43,437 bases of DNA, taken from an uncultured Verrucomicrobiota bacterium. GTDB taxonomy: Bacteria; Auribacterota; JABMQX01; JAFGEW01. The stretch spans positions 1-43,437 of the forward strand of contig CAZJXV010000001.1 of assembly GCA_964550015.1 (NCBI GenBank), given 5' to 3'. Both the position numbers and the translations under genes were made by a program. Within the stretch, counting starts at the first letter, position 1; every line of letters starts with the position of its first letter. The notes under the pieces were generated by a model. That model made no database searches, was not told the origin of the DNA, and saw only the letters and a program-made list of their open reading frames with translations. Of the stretch, positions 32,599 through 42,585 are shown piece after piece.

Positions 32599-34095
32599 CT
32601 AGGTATCGCCCCACCGGCGCGGAAGGCCTGTTTCGACGAGCCAGGTCTCCAGCCGTCGGCGGAGCTGTTTCTTTCGGTTTTCGTACTGCGGTTCTGCGGC
32701 GAGATTGCAGGTCTCTCCCGGGTCGTTGTCAAGGTCGAAGAGCTGTTCCTCGCCCTCGTGGTGCCGGACGTACTTCCAGCCCTCGCCCCGGACCATGAAA
32801 TGGCCCGATACGTCCTCACTGACATGACGGATGTGTTCGGGGTTGGCGGCCACGCGTTCGCAGAAGCGGAAGCGCGGCGCCTCCTCCAAGGAACGGGTAC
32901 CCGACACAAAGGGCACAAGGCTGTGCCCCTGGACGTGGGCGGGCGCCGCGAGGCCGCACAGATCGAGCAGCGTCGGCATCACGTCGGTGAGATCGAGAGG
33001 CAGGCCGGTGACGCCGGGACGGACCTGTGGCGGGTAGCGCAGGATGAACGGCACCCCGACGACCTCCTCGTAGAATGCGTCGGTTGATTTCCAGACCATG
33101 CCGTGGCCGCCGCACATGTCGCTGTGGTCGGCGGTGAACACGACAATCGTGTCATTCGCCTGGCCGCTCGCCTCGAGCGCGCCCAGCACGCGGCCCACCT
33201 GATCGTCTATCAGCTTGACGCAGGCGTAGTAGACGCGCATGAGTTCGCGGGCGCCCACCTCCCCGAGGTCCGCCACAATCCGCCGGGACCACTGGTTCTC
33301 GTAGCGTGCCTCCCGAGCGTTGAAGTTCGCAGGGAGCTCGATGGCGTCGGGGTCGAACATCTCGTAATAGGGCGATGGGACGACGTTCGGGTCGTGGGGC
33401 CAATTGAAGGAGCACGTCAGCATGAAGGGTGGTCGTGCGCAGTCCCGGAGGTACTGGACGGCGCAGTCGGCGACGCGGGCGTCGAAGGTCTTCTCGACGG
33501 GCAATTCGAGCCGCCCCATCTTGGCAACGAAGTCGAAGTACTCCGCGTGGTCCCACCGGCCGCCCAGGGCGCGCACCGCCTCGGTCAGTGCGCGCGACTG
33601 GCGCACCGGCAGCGCCCAGCCGTACCACTCCATGTAGCTCTCGCGAGGGCCGCTGCGGACCCGCGCGAAGGTGTCCGCCATCTCGTCGGCGTACTCGTGG
33701 TGCTCGCCGTACATGTCGGGGTAGTACGGCAGGTCGTCGTCGCGCAGGTGCCATTTGCCGTACTGGTGCGTGTCGTATCCGGCGGCGTTGAGAATCCTCT
33801 CCGTCGTCGGCTCGTCGGCCTTGATGGCCTCTTCCGTTTTCGGGGCGGGGATGGCCGGATAGTCCCGCCTGTGGGTATTGCAGGTGATCCCGTGGGCGTG
33901 TGGATATAGACCGGTGATGAGCGAAGCGCGGCTGGGCGAGCACATGGGGCAGGGGCAGATTGCGTCCGTGAAGCGCACGCCTTCGGCGGCGAGGCGGTCA
34001 ATGTTCCGCGTCGGCACCGGTCCGCCATAACAGCTCAGGGTGGCCGGGTTCAACTGGTCGCACATGATCAGGAGAATGTTCGGGCGGTTCGACAT
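32599..34095 (-). CDS. Cys-type (formylglycine) sulfatase
   Basis: The N-terminus is NILLIMCDQL. The sulfatase signature is CPMCSPSRASLITGLYPHAHG (C-x-P-x-R). Later landmarks are TADHSDMCGGHG and VPFILRYP. ATG 34095 shares 1 nt with the upstream TGA. No signal peptide is visible. Confidence 0.9.
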   Translation of the reverse strand: MSNRPNILLIMCDQLNPATLSCYGGPVPTRNIDRLAAEGVRFTDAICPCPMCSPSRASLITGLYPHAHGITCNTHRRDYPAIPAPKTEEAIKADEPTTERILNAAGYDTHQYGKWHLRDDDLPYYPDMYGEHHEYADEMADTFARVRSGPRESYMEWYGWALPVRQSRALTEAVRALGGRWDHAEYFDFVAKMGRLELPVEKTFDARVADCAVQYLRDCARPPFMLTCSFNWPHDPNVVPSPYYEMFDPDAIELPANFNAREARYENQWSRRIVADLGEVGARELMRVYYACVKLIDDQVGRVLGALEASGQANDTIVVFTADHSDMCGGHGMVWKSTDAFYEEVVGVPFILRYPPQVRPGVTGLPLDLTDVMPTLLDLCGLAAPAHVQGHSLVPFVSGTRSLEEAPRFRFCERVAANPEHIRHVSEDVSGHFMVRGEGWKYVRHHEGEEQLFDLDNDPGETCNLAAEPQYENRKKQLRRRLETWLVETGLPRRWGDT

Positions 34096-36374
34096 CAGGG
34101 GCCCTCCCATCGCTCATCGCCAACGGACCGGAGCGCGTGGTTCAGGTGGTAGCGTGTGCCAGGCCGGGTCTCAAGCTCGACGAGGTTTTCCGCATACCGG
34201 ACCGTGCAGGGGCCGCCGCGCCTGGCGAGCAGGGCGGCCTCGGTCAGCGTCCCGTCTTTCCAGGTGATGCTCACCTCGAAGCCGCCTCGGGCGACGAGGC
34301 CGGTGACGCGGCCCTCGGGCCACGTCGAGGGGAGCGCGGGCAGCAGGTGGAGAGTGCCCGCGTGGGATTGCAGGAGCATCTCGGCCACGGCGGCGGTGGC
34401 GCCGAAGCTGCCGTCCACCTGGAAGATGCGCGGCGGATGCAGGTCGAGCAGGCTTGACGTGGTCCAGTCCGCAAGCAAGCGCTTGAGATAGGCCAGGGCC
34501 AGGGTCGCATCGCCCAGCCGTGCAAGCAAGCACGCCGTCCACGCGCAGCTCCAGCCGGTGTGTCCGCCGCCGGCGGCGAGGCGCCGCAGCACCGAGACGC
34601 GCGCGGCCTGCACGAGGTCCGGGTCCCCGTCGAGGGTCAACTGGTCGCCGGGGTAGAGGGCGAACAGGTGCGAGAAGTGGCGGTGGCCGGGCTCGGCGTC
34701 CTCGTAGTCGTCGAGCCACTCCTGGAGCTGGCCGTGGCGGCCGATCTGCAGTGGGGGGATTTCGTGGAGGATGGTCCTCCACGTCTCCCGCAGCTCGGCG
34801 TCCACGTCGAGGATCTCGCTTGCCGCGACGGCGTGGGTGAGCAGGTCGTGGATAAGCTGGAAGTCCATGGTGGCCCCGACGCACAGCGAGACGGGCCATG
34901 TCCCGCCGACGAAGGTGTTCTCCGGCGACTGCGAGGGCACCGGCACGAGGCGGCCCTGCGGGTCGCGCACGAGGTAATCCTCGTAGAAGGCGGCGACCTC
35001 CTTGAAGAACGGGTACGCGCGCTCGCGCAGGAACTCGTCGTCGCCGCCCCACTCGTATCGCCACCACATGTGCTGGGCGAGCCAGGCGGCGGCGCCGATC
35101 CAGACGTCCCAGCCGCGCGACTCGGGCGTGGCGCGGCCCCAGGGGTCGGTCTGAATAGGGAACCAGACGCCGCGGCAGTTGTAGAGGGCGCGGGCCATCT
35201 CGCGGCCGTGGGGCGTGAAGCGCTCGATGTGGCGGAACAGCGGCCCGGTGGATTCGGCCAGATTACAGACCTCGGCCGGCCAGTAGTTCATCTGGAGGTT
35301 CATGTCCTGGTGCAGGTCGGACTGCCACGGCGGATTGAGCGCCTCGTTCCATTTGCCCTGCAGGTTGGGCGGCAGCTCGGCCATGAGGGTGCTCGAGATG
35401 AGCAGGTAGCGGCCGAAGTTGAACAGCAGGGCGACGAGGTCGTTGTCGGACGTGTCGGACCCCTTGAGGGCCGCCAGACGCTCGTCGGCCGGCTTCGAGT
35501 CATCACCGGCGCCGAGGTCAAGGTCGAAGGTGACCCGGTTGTACATGGCGGCAAAGCGCTGAGTGTGCTCAGCGACGAGGGCGTCCCACTCGGGCGGCAC
35601 GCCGGCGAGCTGCTGGGCGGCGATGGTCTCCACGTCCTCTCCGTCGTGGGCCACGGCGATGGTGAGAAGGATGAGGAGCTGGTCGGCGCCGCTGATGCGG
35701 CAGCACCCGTTTTGCGGATCAGGTGTGGCTGATCCGCCTGTGGGGCGGACGTGGGCGAGGACGCAGAAGGCGGGGCCCTCCACGAATCGGCCCACCATAC
35801 GGATGCTGTTTTTTTGCGCGTCGAAGGCGAGGGTGCAATCGGGATCTTCGATGCGCGAGAGACGCGCGGCCACGTCGAGCCGGCGCGGCTCGGAGGCCAT
35901 CAGGCGCACGCAGATCACTTTGCGTGCGGCATGGGCGAAACATTCGCGGCCGAACGCCACATCGTTGACCGTGTAGTGAACCGCGGCGATGCCCGTCGAG
36001 AGATCGAGCTCGCGTTTGTATTCCGAGACCTGTTCGCCGCCGGTGTCGAGGAACAGGTCGCCCGCGGGCTGGTAGGCGTCCACGCGGTTGGGCGTGCCGC
36101 TCGTGCCGCCCAGGCCGCCGAGCTTCTCGTTGGCAAGCGTGGCCGCTTCGAACGTCTTGCCCTCGAAAAACAGAGTACGGATGTCGTCGAGGTGCTGGTG
36201 GCGGGGCTCGAAATCGCGGTAGCGGCCCTCGGCGCGCCAGAGCCATTCGTGATTGAGAGCGATGCGCTCGACGGGGACCGTGCCGAGCAGCATGGCGGCG
36301 AGAACGCCGTTGCCGACCGGATAGCCTTCGATGTATTCCGACGCCGGCTTGTCGTGCCGCACGTGTGACGCCAT
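34095..36374 (-). CDS. GH95-family glycoside hydrolase (alpha-L-fucosidase / alpha-L-galactosidase type)
   Basis: Landmarks are IEGYPVGNGVLAAMLLG, IALNHEWLWRA, LQGKWNEALNPPWQSDLHQDMNLQMNYWPAEVCNL, HRHFSHLFALYPG and FQVDGSFGATAAVAEMLLQSH. Confidence 0.85.
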   Translation of the reverse strand: MASHVRHDKPASEYIEGYPVGNGVLAAMLLGTVPVERIALNHEWLWRAEGRYRDFEPRHQHLDDIRTLFFEGKTFEAATLANEKLGGLGGTSGTPNRVDAYQPAGDLFLDTGGEQVSEYKRELDLSTGIAAVHYTVNDVAFGRECFAHAARKVICVRLMASEPRRLDVAARLSRIEDPDCTLAFDAQKNSIRMVGRFVEGPAFCVLAHVRPTGGSATPDPQNGCCRISGADQLLILLTIAVAHDGEDVETIAAQQLAGVPPEWDALVAEHTQRFAAMYNRVTFDLDLGAGDDSKPADERLAALKGSDTSDNDLVALLFNFGRYLLISSTLMAELPPNLQGKWNEALNPPWQSDLHQDMNLQMNYWPAEVCNLAESTGPLFRHIERFTPHGREMARALYNCRGVWFPIQTDPWGRATPESRGWDVWIGAAAWLAQHMWWRYEWGGDDEFLRERAYPFFKEVAAFYEDYLVRDPQGRLVPVPSQSPENTFVGGTWPVSLCVGATMDFQLIHDLLTHAVAASEILDVDAELRETWRTILHEIPPLQIGRHGQLQEWLDDYEDAEPGHRHFSHLFALYPGDQLTLDGDPDLVQAARVSVLRRLAAGGGHTGWSCAWTACLLARLGDATLALAYLKRLLADWTTSSLLDLHPPRIFQVDGSFGATAAVAEMLLQSHAGTLHLLPALPSTWPEGRVTGLVARGGFEVSITWKDGTLTEAALLARRGGPCTVRYAENLVELETRPGTRYHLNHALRSVGDERWEGP

Positions 36375-36386
36375 TCGGCTGGCCCC

Positions 36387-37685
36387 CTACTCCATTGCTG
36401 AATCGTACGCGATGTCGTGTTCCGGATCATCGAGGGCGATCCATGCCCGGCGGCGCTTTTCTGCGGGCGTCTTGGGACGCAGGGTGATCTTGACGACGGG
36501 GGCGATCGGATCGGGCGCTTTCTTCGGCAGTCCCGTGATGATGTCGCGCGTGGGCTCGTGGGTGATCTTGAGGCGCAGGCCGGTATCCAGAAGGCGGGCC
36601 GAGGTGAAGTGGTGGTCGTGGATGTTGGCGATGGCGAAGGTCTCGCCGGGATAGTTGAGTAAGTGGATGTAGGCCGCATTGCCCTTGCCTGTGGCGATCC
36701 ACGGGGCGAGCGCGAGGTTCAGGTCCGATCGCCGGCCGCAGCCGTAGATGGCCTCGCCGTGGACCTTCATCCAGTCGCCGATTGTCTCCATGACGCGGGC
36801 CTGCCACGTCTGGACGCTGCCGTCGGGCTTGGGGCCGATGTTGAGGAGCATGTTGCCGCCGTTGGCGACGCAGGTGATGAGCTGGGTGACCAGCTCGCGC
36901 GGCGTCTTGTGGTGGCGGTCCTGCGGCGCGTGGCCCCACAGATAGCCCATGTTATCGCACAGCTCCCAGGGCCGCTGCTGGGGCACCATGGTTTGTTCGG
37001 GGGTTCCGAAATCGCCGCCGGCGGAGGGGCAGGTCGAGCGGTCGTTGATCAGGATGTGGGGCTGCAGTTTATGGACCATGGCGTTGAGCTTTTTGCTCTG
37101 CCACGCCTCGGTGACCTCGTCGAGGCTCGGCGCGTAGCCCCACCAGGGCGAGGGCCATGCGCCGTCGTACCACAGGATGTCGATTTTGCCGTAGCGGGTC
37201 ATGAGCTCACGCACTTGCTCGTGGACGAGCGCGACGAGTTTCCGCCACCCCTCGGGGTCCTTGCGCGGGCCGTCGGCATAGGCCTTATAGCGCCAATCGA
37301 GCATTGAGTAATACAAGCCGACCTTGAGGCCGGCGGCGCGGACGGCCTTGACGTATTCGGCAATAAAATCGCGCTTCGGCGTCATGCGGACCGACGAGTA
37401 CCGCGTCGTGTTCGTGTTCCACAGGCAGTAGCCTTCGTGGTGGCGCGTGCCCATCACGACGTACTTGCAGCCGGCGTTCCTGGCGACGCGGGCGAAGGCG
37501 GTTGCGTCGAACTTCGTGGGCTTGAAGCGGCGTTCGAATCGCTCGATGTACTCGGGAAGCGGGATGCCCATGTCGTACATCTTCCAGCAGTCGAGGCCGC
37601 CGACCGAGTAGAGGCCCCAGTGGATGAACATGCCGAAGCGGGCGTCGAGCCACCACTTCATTCGCTGCGCGTCTGACTGTTTCAT
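36387..37685 (-). CDS. GH29 alpha-L-fucosidase
   Basis: ATG 37685 follows AGGAGAGAGG. Landmarks are WWLDARFGMFIHWGLYSV, AGCKYVVMGTRHHEGYCLWNT, GLKVGLYYS, ILWYDGAWP and GGNMLLNIGPKPDG. The ORF-track entry 36387..39869 is extended by out-of-frame read-through over the GH78 gene. Confidence 0.9.
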   Translation of the reverse strand: MKQSDAQRMKWWLDARFGMFIHWGLYSVGGLDCWKMYDMGIPLPEYIERFERRFKPTKFDATAFARVARNAGCKYVVMGTRHHEGYCLWNTNTTRYSSVRMTPKRDFIAEYVKAVRAAGLKVGLYYSMLDWRYKAYADGPRKDPEGWRKLVALVHEQVRELMTRYGKIDILWYDGAWPSPWWGYAPSLDEVTEAWQSKKLNAMVHKLQPHILINDRSTCPSAGGDFGTPEQTMVPQQRPWELCDNMGYLWGHAPQDRHHKTPRELVTQLITCVANGGNMLLNIGPKPDGSVQTWQARVMETIGDWMKVHGEAIYGCGRRSDLNLALAPWIATGKGNAAYIHLLNYPGETFAIANIHDHHFTSARLLDTGLRLKITHEPTRDIITGLPKKAPDPIAPVVKITLRPKTPAEKRRRAWIALDDPEHDIAYDSAME

Positions 37686-37714
37686 GTTCGAGCCTCTCTC
37701 CTGGGCGGTGCGGG

Positions 37715-40159
37715 CTACGGTTGTCTCATGAGCGTGCGCGTGCCGAGGTTTTCCACCTTGACCGTGTAGCCGGCCGGCATGTCGAGCCGGTACGTGAGCG
37801 AGTTTTTCTCGGTCGTCCAGCGCAACGAGACCGGCCCGTCGGGCGTGGGGACGCGGCCCTCGCACCAGTCGAGGCCCACGTCGGCGAAGCGCAGCGTGAT
37901 TTCTTTCCGGACGCTGTCGACGCGATAGAGGCCGAGCACGTCGCGGTAGAGGGTGTGGACGATGTGCGAGGCGAAGCCGTGGTTGCAGCTTGCGTAGGCG
38001 CCCGTGTTTTCCCAGAGCGTGCCCGTGCGCTCGGCCATGTACATAAGGTACTCGACCGACTCGTCGAGAATCCGGCGGCACTTGCCGTAGCGGGACAGGA
38101 CCTCGACGCGCAGCATGTTGCCGATGAACGAATTCGCCGCGTGCACGTCGGGGAAGGCCCCCGTCTGCGCTCGCTGCGGGCCGAATTGCTCGCACAGCGT
38201 GCGCCACAGCTCGGGGTGCGTGTCGGGGGTGGCGACATCGAAGTAGAAGGCGTAGTACTGGCAGACCTCGCTGCGGTTGCGCGTGGGCCGGAGCCGGCCC
38301 CGCGTGCGCTCGGCGTTGTCCACGAAGAAGGTGCCGTCGAAGGACTGTTCGCGGACCACGTTCCTGATTGTCTCGGCGTCTCGGGCGAGCGTAGGCATGT
38401 CGTACAGCCTGGCGGCGGCGTCGAGCGCGGCGGCGTAGAGCATGTTGGCCGGGTAGTTGACGTCCTGGGTGAACTTGTTGGCTTCGGACCACTCGACGAA
38501 GACCCAGCCGTCGAGCTTCTCGAGCAGGCCGTCGGCGTTGCGGAACGGCTTGAAATAATCGAGCAGCTTGAGCACGCGCGGGCGCAGGGCGTCCACGGTT
38601 TCGCGGTCGCCGCTTCGCGCGAGGTACTCCTCGAGCTGGACGATGAACCACAGCGCCCAGTTGGGGATGAAGAGGCCGTCGTTGTGGTCGGCCGGGTAGC
38701 ACATCGGCAGCATGCCGTCGGGCAGGAACGCGAATGTCTCCGGCAGCAGATAGGCCTCGAAGAAATTCTGCTCGACGGGCGTGGTGCCGGCGAGATCGTA
38801 GGCCACGCGCGCGGTGAAGAAGCTGTCGCACAGGTAGCCGCCGCGCTCGCGCGAGGGGCAGTCCATGAAGACGTCCACGGCGTTCTGGCGGAAGGTCTCG
38901 CGGCCGGCCTCGAAGAGGCGATTGAGCCGGGCGTCGCTCGCGGCGAAGTGGGCCTCCCGCACGTCGGGATTGGCGTACTCTCGCAGGGACACGTTCTCGA
39001 CGGTGCAATCGCCCTCGAGGACGATGAGCTTGAGGTAGCGCAGTGTGTAGGCCTCGAACGATTCGAGCTTGTAGCGGCCGGGGGCGAGCTCGTAGCTCAC
39101 GATGTTGACGCATCCGAGGCGCCTGAAATTGACGTCGCCGTCGGTCAGGACCTCGTCGAAGGTCACGAAGAGGCGCGTCTTTGTGCGGCAGGTGACGGTG
39201 GCGCCCACGAAGCCGGTGAGGTTCGTGCCGAAGTCGAGGATGCGGTAGGAACGGGGCCGGAGGCGGACTTTGTGGCGCGGGCCGATGCGGCGGTTGAGCT
39301 GCGCGGTGGGCGTCGAGGCGATGGTCTGGAGCTCGAGGAAGGGCGTGACTTCGAGCTCCTTTTCGCGGTAGCCGCCGAGCTTCGGGCCGATGCCGGTGAG
39401 GGCGCGGTCCTTGTAGAGCTTCCCGACCTTGATCCCGGTCCGGATCGTGCCGTGCGAGACGTGGCGCAGCGGGGACCGCACGGCGAAGCGGGGATACGGG
39501 ACACGACGCGGCAGAAGACGGCGCGTGCCGGTGGGTTCGGCGCATGTCACTGCCGGGAACGCGGCGGCGGGATCGGTCTTCCAGGCGGGATTGGTCTTCC
39601 AGGCGTCGTCGCCCGGCGTGGGACGGTAGGCTTCGGAGAAGGCGCGCATGAAGCTGTAGCGCTGGACCTTCTGGATGCGCTCGTCGAGGATGCGGGCCTC
39701 GAACGGCGCGTCCTCGCCGCCGGTCGCCGCGAGGACCTTGCCGTCTGAGACGGCCTCGGCCTGCAGGAACGAGGGTGCGTCGAGGGTGTAGAAGCTGTTG
39801 ACGTTGTAGCCGGCGACCTCGATGGCGACGACGTTGGGTCCCGGCACGACGTAGGGCGTGATGTCCCACTCGTCGACGCGAAAATGGCCGTGTGGCGCCC
39901 GGGCAGGGCCGTAGCCGACGAAGCGGCCGTTGACGCTCGCGCGGTAGAGGCTCGAGGCCGTAAGCCGCAGGACGACGGGCGCCTCGCCGGTCGGCTCGAT
40001 GACGGCGCGGAAGCCGACGAAGAGGTTCTTTTCCGTTGCACGGTCCTTGGGCCAGACGGCCTTGGCCGCGACGAAGCGGGCGCGTTCGGCGTAGGCGGAA
40101 AACGACACGCTCAAGGCGCTCGACGCGAACAGGATCAGCACCAGCAGTTCGCGCCTCAT
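37715..40159 (-). CDS. GH78-like alpha-L-rhamnosidase family protein (secreted)
   Basis: Signal peptide MRRELLVLILFASSALSVSFSAYA. The rhamnosidase N-domain pattern is LRLTASSLYRASVNGRFVGYGPARAPHGHFRVDEWDITPYV...VVAIEVAGYN. The six-hairpin segment is FMDCPSRERGGYLCDSF. The start forms an ATGA overlap with the upstream gene. Confidence 0.8.
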   Translation of the reverse strand: MRRELLVLILFASSALSVSFSAYAERARFVAAKAVWPKDRATEKNLFVGFRAVIEPTGEAPVVLRLTASSLYRASVNGRFVGYGPARAPHGHFRVDEWDITPYVVPGPNVVAIEVAGYNVNSFYTLDAPSFLQAEAVSDGKVLAATGGEDAPFEARILDERIQKVQRYSFMRAFSEAYRPTPGDDAWKTNPAWKTDPAAAFPAVTCAEPTGTRRLLPRRVPYPRFAVRSPLRHVSHGTIRTGIKVGKLYKDRALTGIGPKLGGYREKELEVTPFLELQTIASTPTAQLNRRIGPRHKVRLRPRSYRILDFGTNLTGFVGATVTCRTKTRLFVTFDEVLTDGDVNFRRLGCVNIVSYELAPGRYKLESFEAYTLRYLKLIVLEGDCTVENVSLREYANPDVREAHFAASDARLNRLFEAGRETFRQNAVDVFMDCPSRERGGYLCDSFFTARVAYDLAGTTPVEQNFFEAYLLPETFAFLPDGMLPMCYPADHNDGLFIPNWALWFIVQLEEYLARSGDRETVDALRPRVLKLLDYFKPFRNADGLLEKLDGWVFVEWSEANKFTQDVNYPANMLYAAALDAAARLYDMPTLARDAETIRNVVREQSFDGTFFVDNAERTRGRLRPTRNRSEVCQYYAFYFDVATPDTHPELWRTLCEQFGPQRAQTGAFPDVHAANSFIGNMLRVEVLSRYGKCRRILDESVEYLMYMAERTGTLWENTGAYASCNHGFASHIVHTLYRDVLGLYRVDSVRKEITLRFADVGLDWCEGRVPTPDGPVSLRWTTEKNSLTYRLDMPAGYTVKVENLGTRTLMRQP

Positions 40160-41220
40160 TCTGTGTCGTTCCTCGTGTTGTGCGCCTTCGTGCCGCCGGG
40201 ATGCTTCGGTGCCGGGTCGCCCAGGCGGATCATGGCCGCGGCGGCCCAGAGGAGTGCGGCCTGGCCGTGGAAATCGCCCAGCGCGTACCGCGGATGGTTC
40301 AGGTACGTGGCCGCCGACGGGTCAACGATGCCGGCGCTGATACGGTCTACGCGGCCTTCCGAGTCCACGTACTGCGTCAGCGCAAGCCACGCGCGGCGCG
40401 CGGCGTCCCCGTGCGGGTCTGCGGGCAGCCACCCGTGTCTCACGCCGGTCGCCAGGGCGAAGACAAACATGCCGGTGCCCGATGACTCGAGCCAGGCCTC
40501 TGGGTTGTCGACAAGCTGGTGCCACATGCCGCTCGTGTGTTGGTGGCTGACCAGGGTCTGCATCAGTGTGCGGTAGGCGGCGAGCAGTTGTTCGCGTTTC
40601 GGGTGGTCGTCCGGTAGGGCGAGCAGAACCTCGGTCATACCGGCCGCGGCCCAGCCGTTACCGCGTGCCCAGAAGTGGGGCGACTCGAGCAGGGTGTGGC
40701 GCAGGAGGCCGTTGGGCTGTTGGAGGTTTTCGACGTAGGCCAGGAGGTGATTAACGCCGCGGTCGGCATACTTCGGCTCGTGCAGGGCCTTGAAGGCCTG
40801 CGCCTGCAGGGACCCGACCATGTACATATCGTCTAACCAGAACCGGGTGTACCGGGTGAGGCCGTCCTCGAGCGGGTCCTCGAATTCCTCGTCGGCCAGA
40901 TACCGGGCCAGGGGCAGGTACTCGGGATTGCCCGTCTGGCGGAAGAGCTCGAAAGGCACGATGCCGAACACGTTGTAGTCCACGTGGCCGGTCTTGGGTT
41001 GTATCGTGCCGGACAGGCACGGCGCATAGGCCGCCTCGATGCGGGCGAGGAGCTTCGCGTCGCGCGTCGCGTCGGCGAACAGGAGGGCGCCGTAGTAGGC
41101 ACAGACCCGGTCGTAGTGTATTTCCATGTGGTGCTCCTGGCGGGCGACGACGTTGTCCGCCACCCGCCGGCCGACGGCGGCAGGGGAAGCACCGGTTGGG
41201 ATTGTCTTTGGTTTCATCAT
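40156..41220 (-). CDS. GH88/GH105-family unsaturated glycuronyl / rhamnogalacturonyl hydrolase
   Basis: The start is MMKPKTIP at 41220. Landmarks are FWLDDMYMVGSLQ, HFWARGNGWAAAGMTEVL, MWHQLVD and ESSGTGMFVFALATGVRHGWL. The ORF-track start at 41592 is too far upstream. Confidence 0.85.
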   Translation of the reverse strand: MMKPKTIPTGASPAAVGRRVADNVVARQEHHMEIHYDRVCAYYGALLFADATRDAKLLARIEAAYAPCLSGTIQPKTGHVDYNVFGIVPFELFRQTGNPEYLPLARYLADEEFEDPLEDGLTRYTRFWLDDMYMVGSLQAQAFKALHEPKYADRGVNHLLAYVENLQQPNGLLRHTLLESPHFWARGNGWAAAGMTEVLLALPDDHPKREQLLAAYRTLMQTLVSHQHTSGMWHQLVDNPEAWLESSGTGMFVFALATGVRHGWLPADPHGDAARRAWLALTQYVDSEGRVDRISAGIVDPSAATYLNHPRYALGDFHGQAALLWAAAAMIRLGDPAPKHPGGTKAHNTRNDTE

Positions 41221-41269
41221 CTTGTTCCCCGGTTCTCCGTGTTCGGCATTCTCCTGGCCGGCGTCTGCG

Positions 41270-42565
41270 CTAACGGTCGCGGCCGGCGCGGCGCGTCTCT
41301 TCGATCCATGCGTCCAGCTTCGTTTCGAGGTCGTGAGCGATTTCTTTAGCCCGCTCGACGGGCGGGGTGTCGGACAACTGCGGCCAGCCGGGCCGGCCCC
41401 TGGGCGGAAGGAGTGCGTAGTGCTCGTCGGGATCGACCCGCAGGTCGTACAGCTCGCGGATGACGGTGCCGGCCTCGAGTTCGGCCGGGTCGTGGCCGGC
41501 GCGCAGCAAGATGGCTTGCAGGCGCTGCTTCCAGTCGCTGAAGAGCTCGTCGGGTTCCGCGTGCACCTCGGTCCGGATGAACTTGAAGTCAAGCGTGCGA
41601 ATGGCGAAGTGGTCGAACTGCGCGGGGCCGAACTTTTCCTGGTCGCTGTGGACGGTGTGGGCGCAGACGGAGTCGGGCGCCTCGTCCGAGCGGCCCAGAA
41701 TGCGCGGCGCCAGGCTGGCGCCCTGGGCGTCGGGCAGTGGCGGCAGGCCGGCGAGGTCGAGGATCGTGGGCGCGACCATCGCGGACTCGACGAGGCCGTC
41801 CACGACGCGGCCGGCGGGGATCCGCGCCGGGTAGCGGATGATAAGCGGCACGTCGAGGATTTCGCGATACAGGTTGCACTTCTTCTCGAGGAATTCGTGC
41901 TCCCAGAACTCCGTGCCGTGGTCAGCGGCGACGACGATGAGGGTGTCCTGGAGGACGCCCATTTCGCTCATCGCCGTGAAGACGCGTCCGAGGTAGTGGT
42001 CCACGTACGAGAGCTCGCCCTCGTACCTGTTGTGATACGACGGCCCCCACATGCTCAACCACGGCTCCGGCGGCTGGAACGGCTCGTGGGTATCGTTGAC
42101 GTGGACATACATGAAACAGGGGCCGGATTCATGGTGTGCGCGGAAGCGCTCGACGGCGGCCTGCTCGGTCCACGGCATGTGCTGGTTGAAGTCGGCGCCG
42201 ACGACGTGCTCGTCGAAGCCGCGGTCGAAGCCGAACTGCGCGCCGCCGCCGTAGTGGTTCTGGTTGACGACGGCGAACGTGCGGTAGCCGCTCTGCTTGA
42301 GGTGCTCGCTCAGCAGCGTCCAGCGCGGGCTCAGCGGCGGGTTGTCGAGTTGGATGACGCCGTGGGTGAAGGGATACAGGCCGGTCAGGAGCGTCATGTG
42401 CTGGGGGAGCGTCCAGCCGCAGTTGGCCACGGAGTCGCGGAATCGCACGCCGCCGTCGGCGAGGCGGTCGAGGTTCGGCGTCAGCTCGCGCCGGTAACCG
42501 TAGCAGCCGAGGTGGTCGCGCCGAACGGTGTCGAGCGAGATCAGAAGGATGTGCGGATGATCCAT
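41270..42565 (-). CDS. sulfatase-fold (alkaline phosphatase superfamily) enzyme lacking the C-x-P-x-R motif (T-L-P-Q-H instead)
   Basis: The start is MDHPHILLISLDTVRRDHLGCYG. The segment FRDSVANCGWTLPQHMTLLTGLYPFTHG aligns residue for residue with FTDAICPCPMCSPSRASLITGLYPHAHG of 32599..34095, which puts Thr at the Cys position and His at the Arg position. Later landmarks are VVAADHGTEFWEH and VPLIIRYP. Confidence 0.8.
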   Translation of the reverse strand: MDHPHILLISLDTVRRDHLGCYGYRRELTPNLDRLADGGVRFRDSVANCGWTLPQHMTLLTGLYPFTHGVIQLDNPPLSPRWTLLSEHLKQSGYRTFAVVNQNHYGGGAQFGFDRGFDEHVVGADFNQHMPWTEQAAVERFRAHHESGPCFMYVHVNDTHEPFQPPEPWLSMWGPSYHNRYEGELSYVDHYLGRVFTAMSEMGVLQDTLIVVAADHGTEFWEHEFLEKKCNLYREILDVPLIIRYPARIPAGRVVDGLVESAMVAPTILDLAGLPPLPDAQGASLAPRILGRSDEAPDSVCAHTVHSDQEKFGPAQFDHFAIRTLDFKFIRTEVHAEPDELFSDWKQRLQAILLRAGHDPAELEAGTVIRELYDLRVDPDEHYALLPPRGRPGWPQLSDTPPVERAKEIAHDLETKLDAWIEETRRAGRDR

Positions 42566-42585
42566 GTTGGTGTCTCTACTCACTG

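Noticed and set aside
37686-39869. N-terminal ~730 aa of the 1160-aa ORF 36387..39869
   Set aside because: It is an out-of-frame read-through across the GH78 gene on the same strand, giving R/P/A/H-rich nonsense. The GH29 protein starts at ATG 37685 behind a strong SD.
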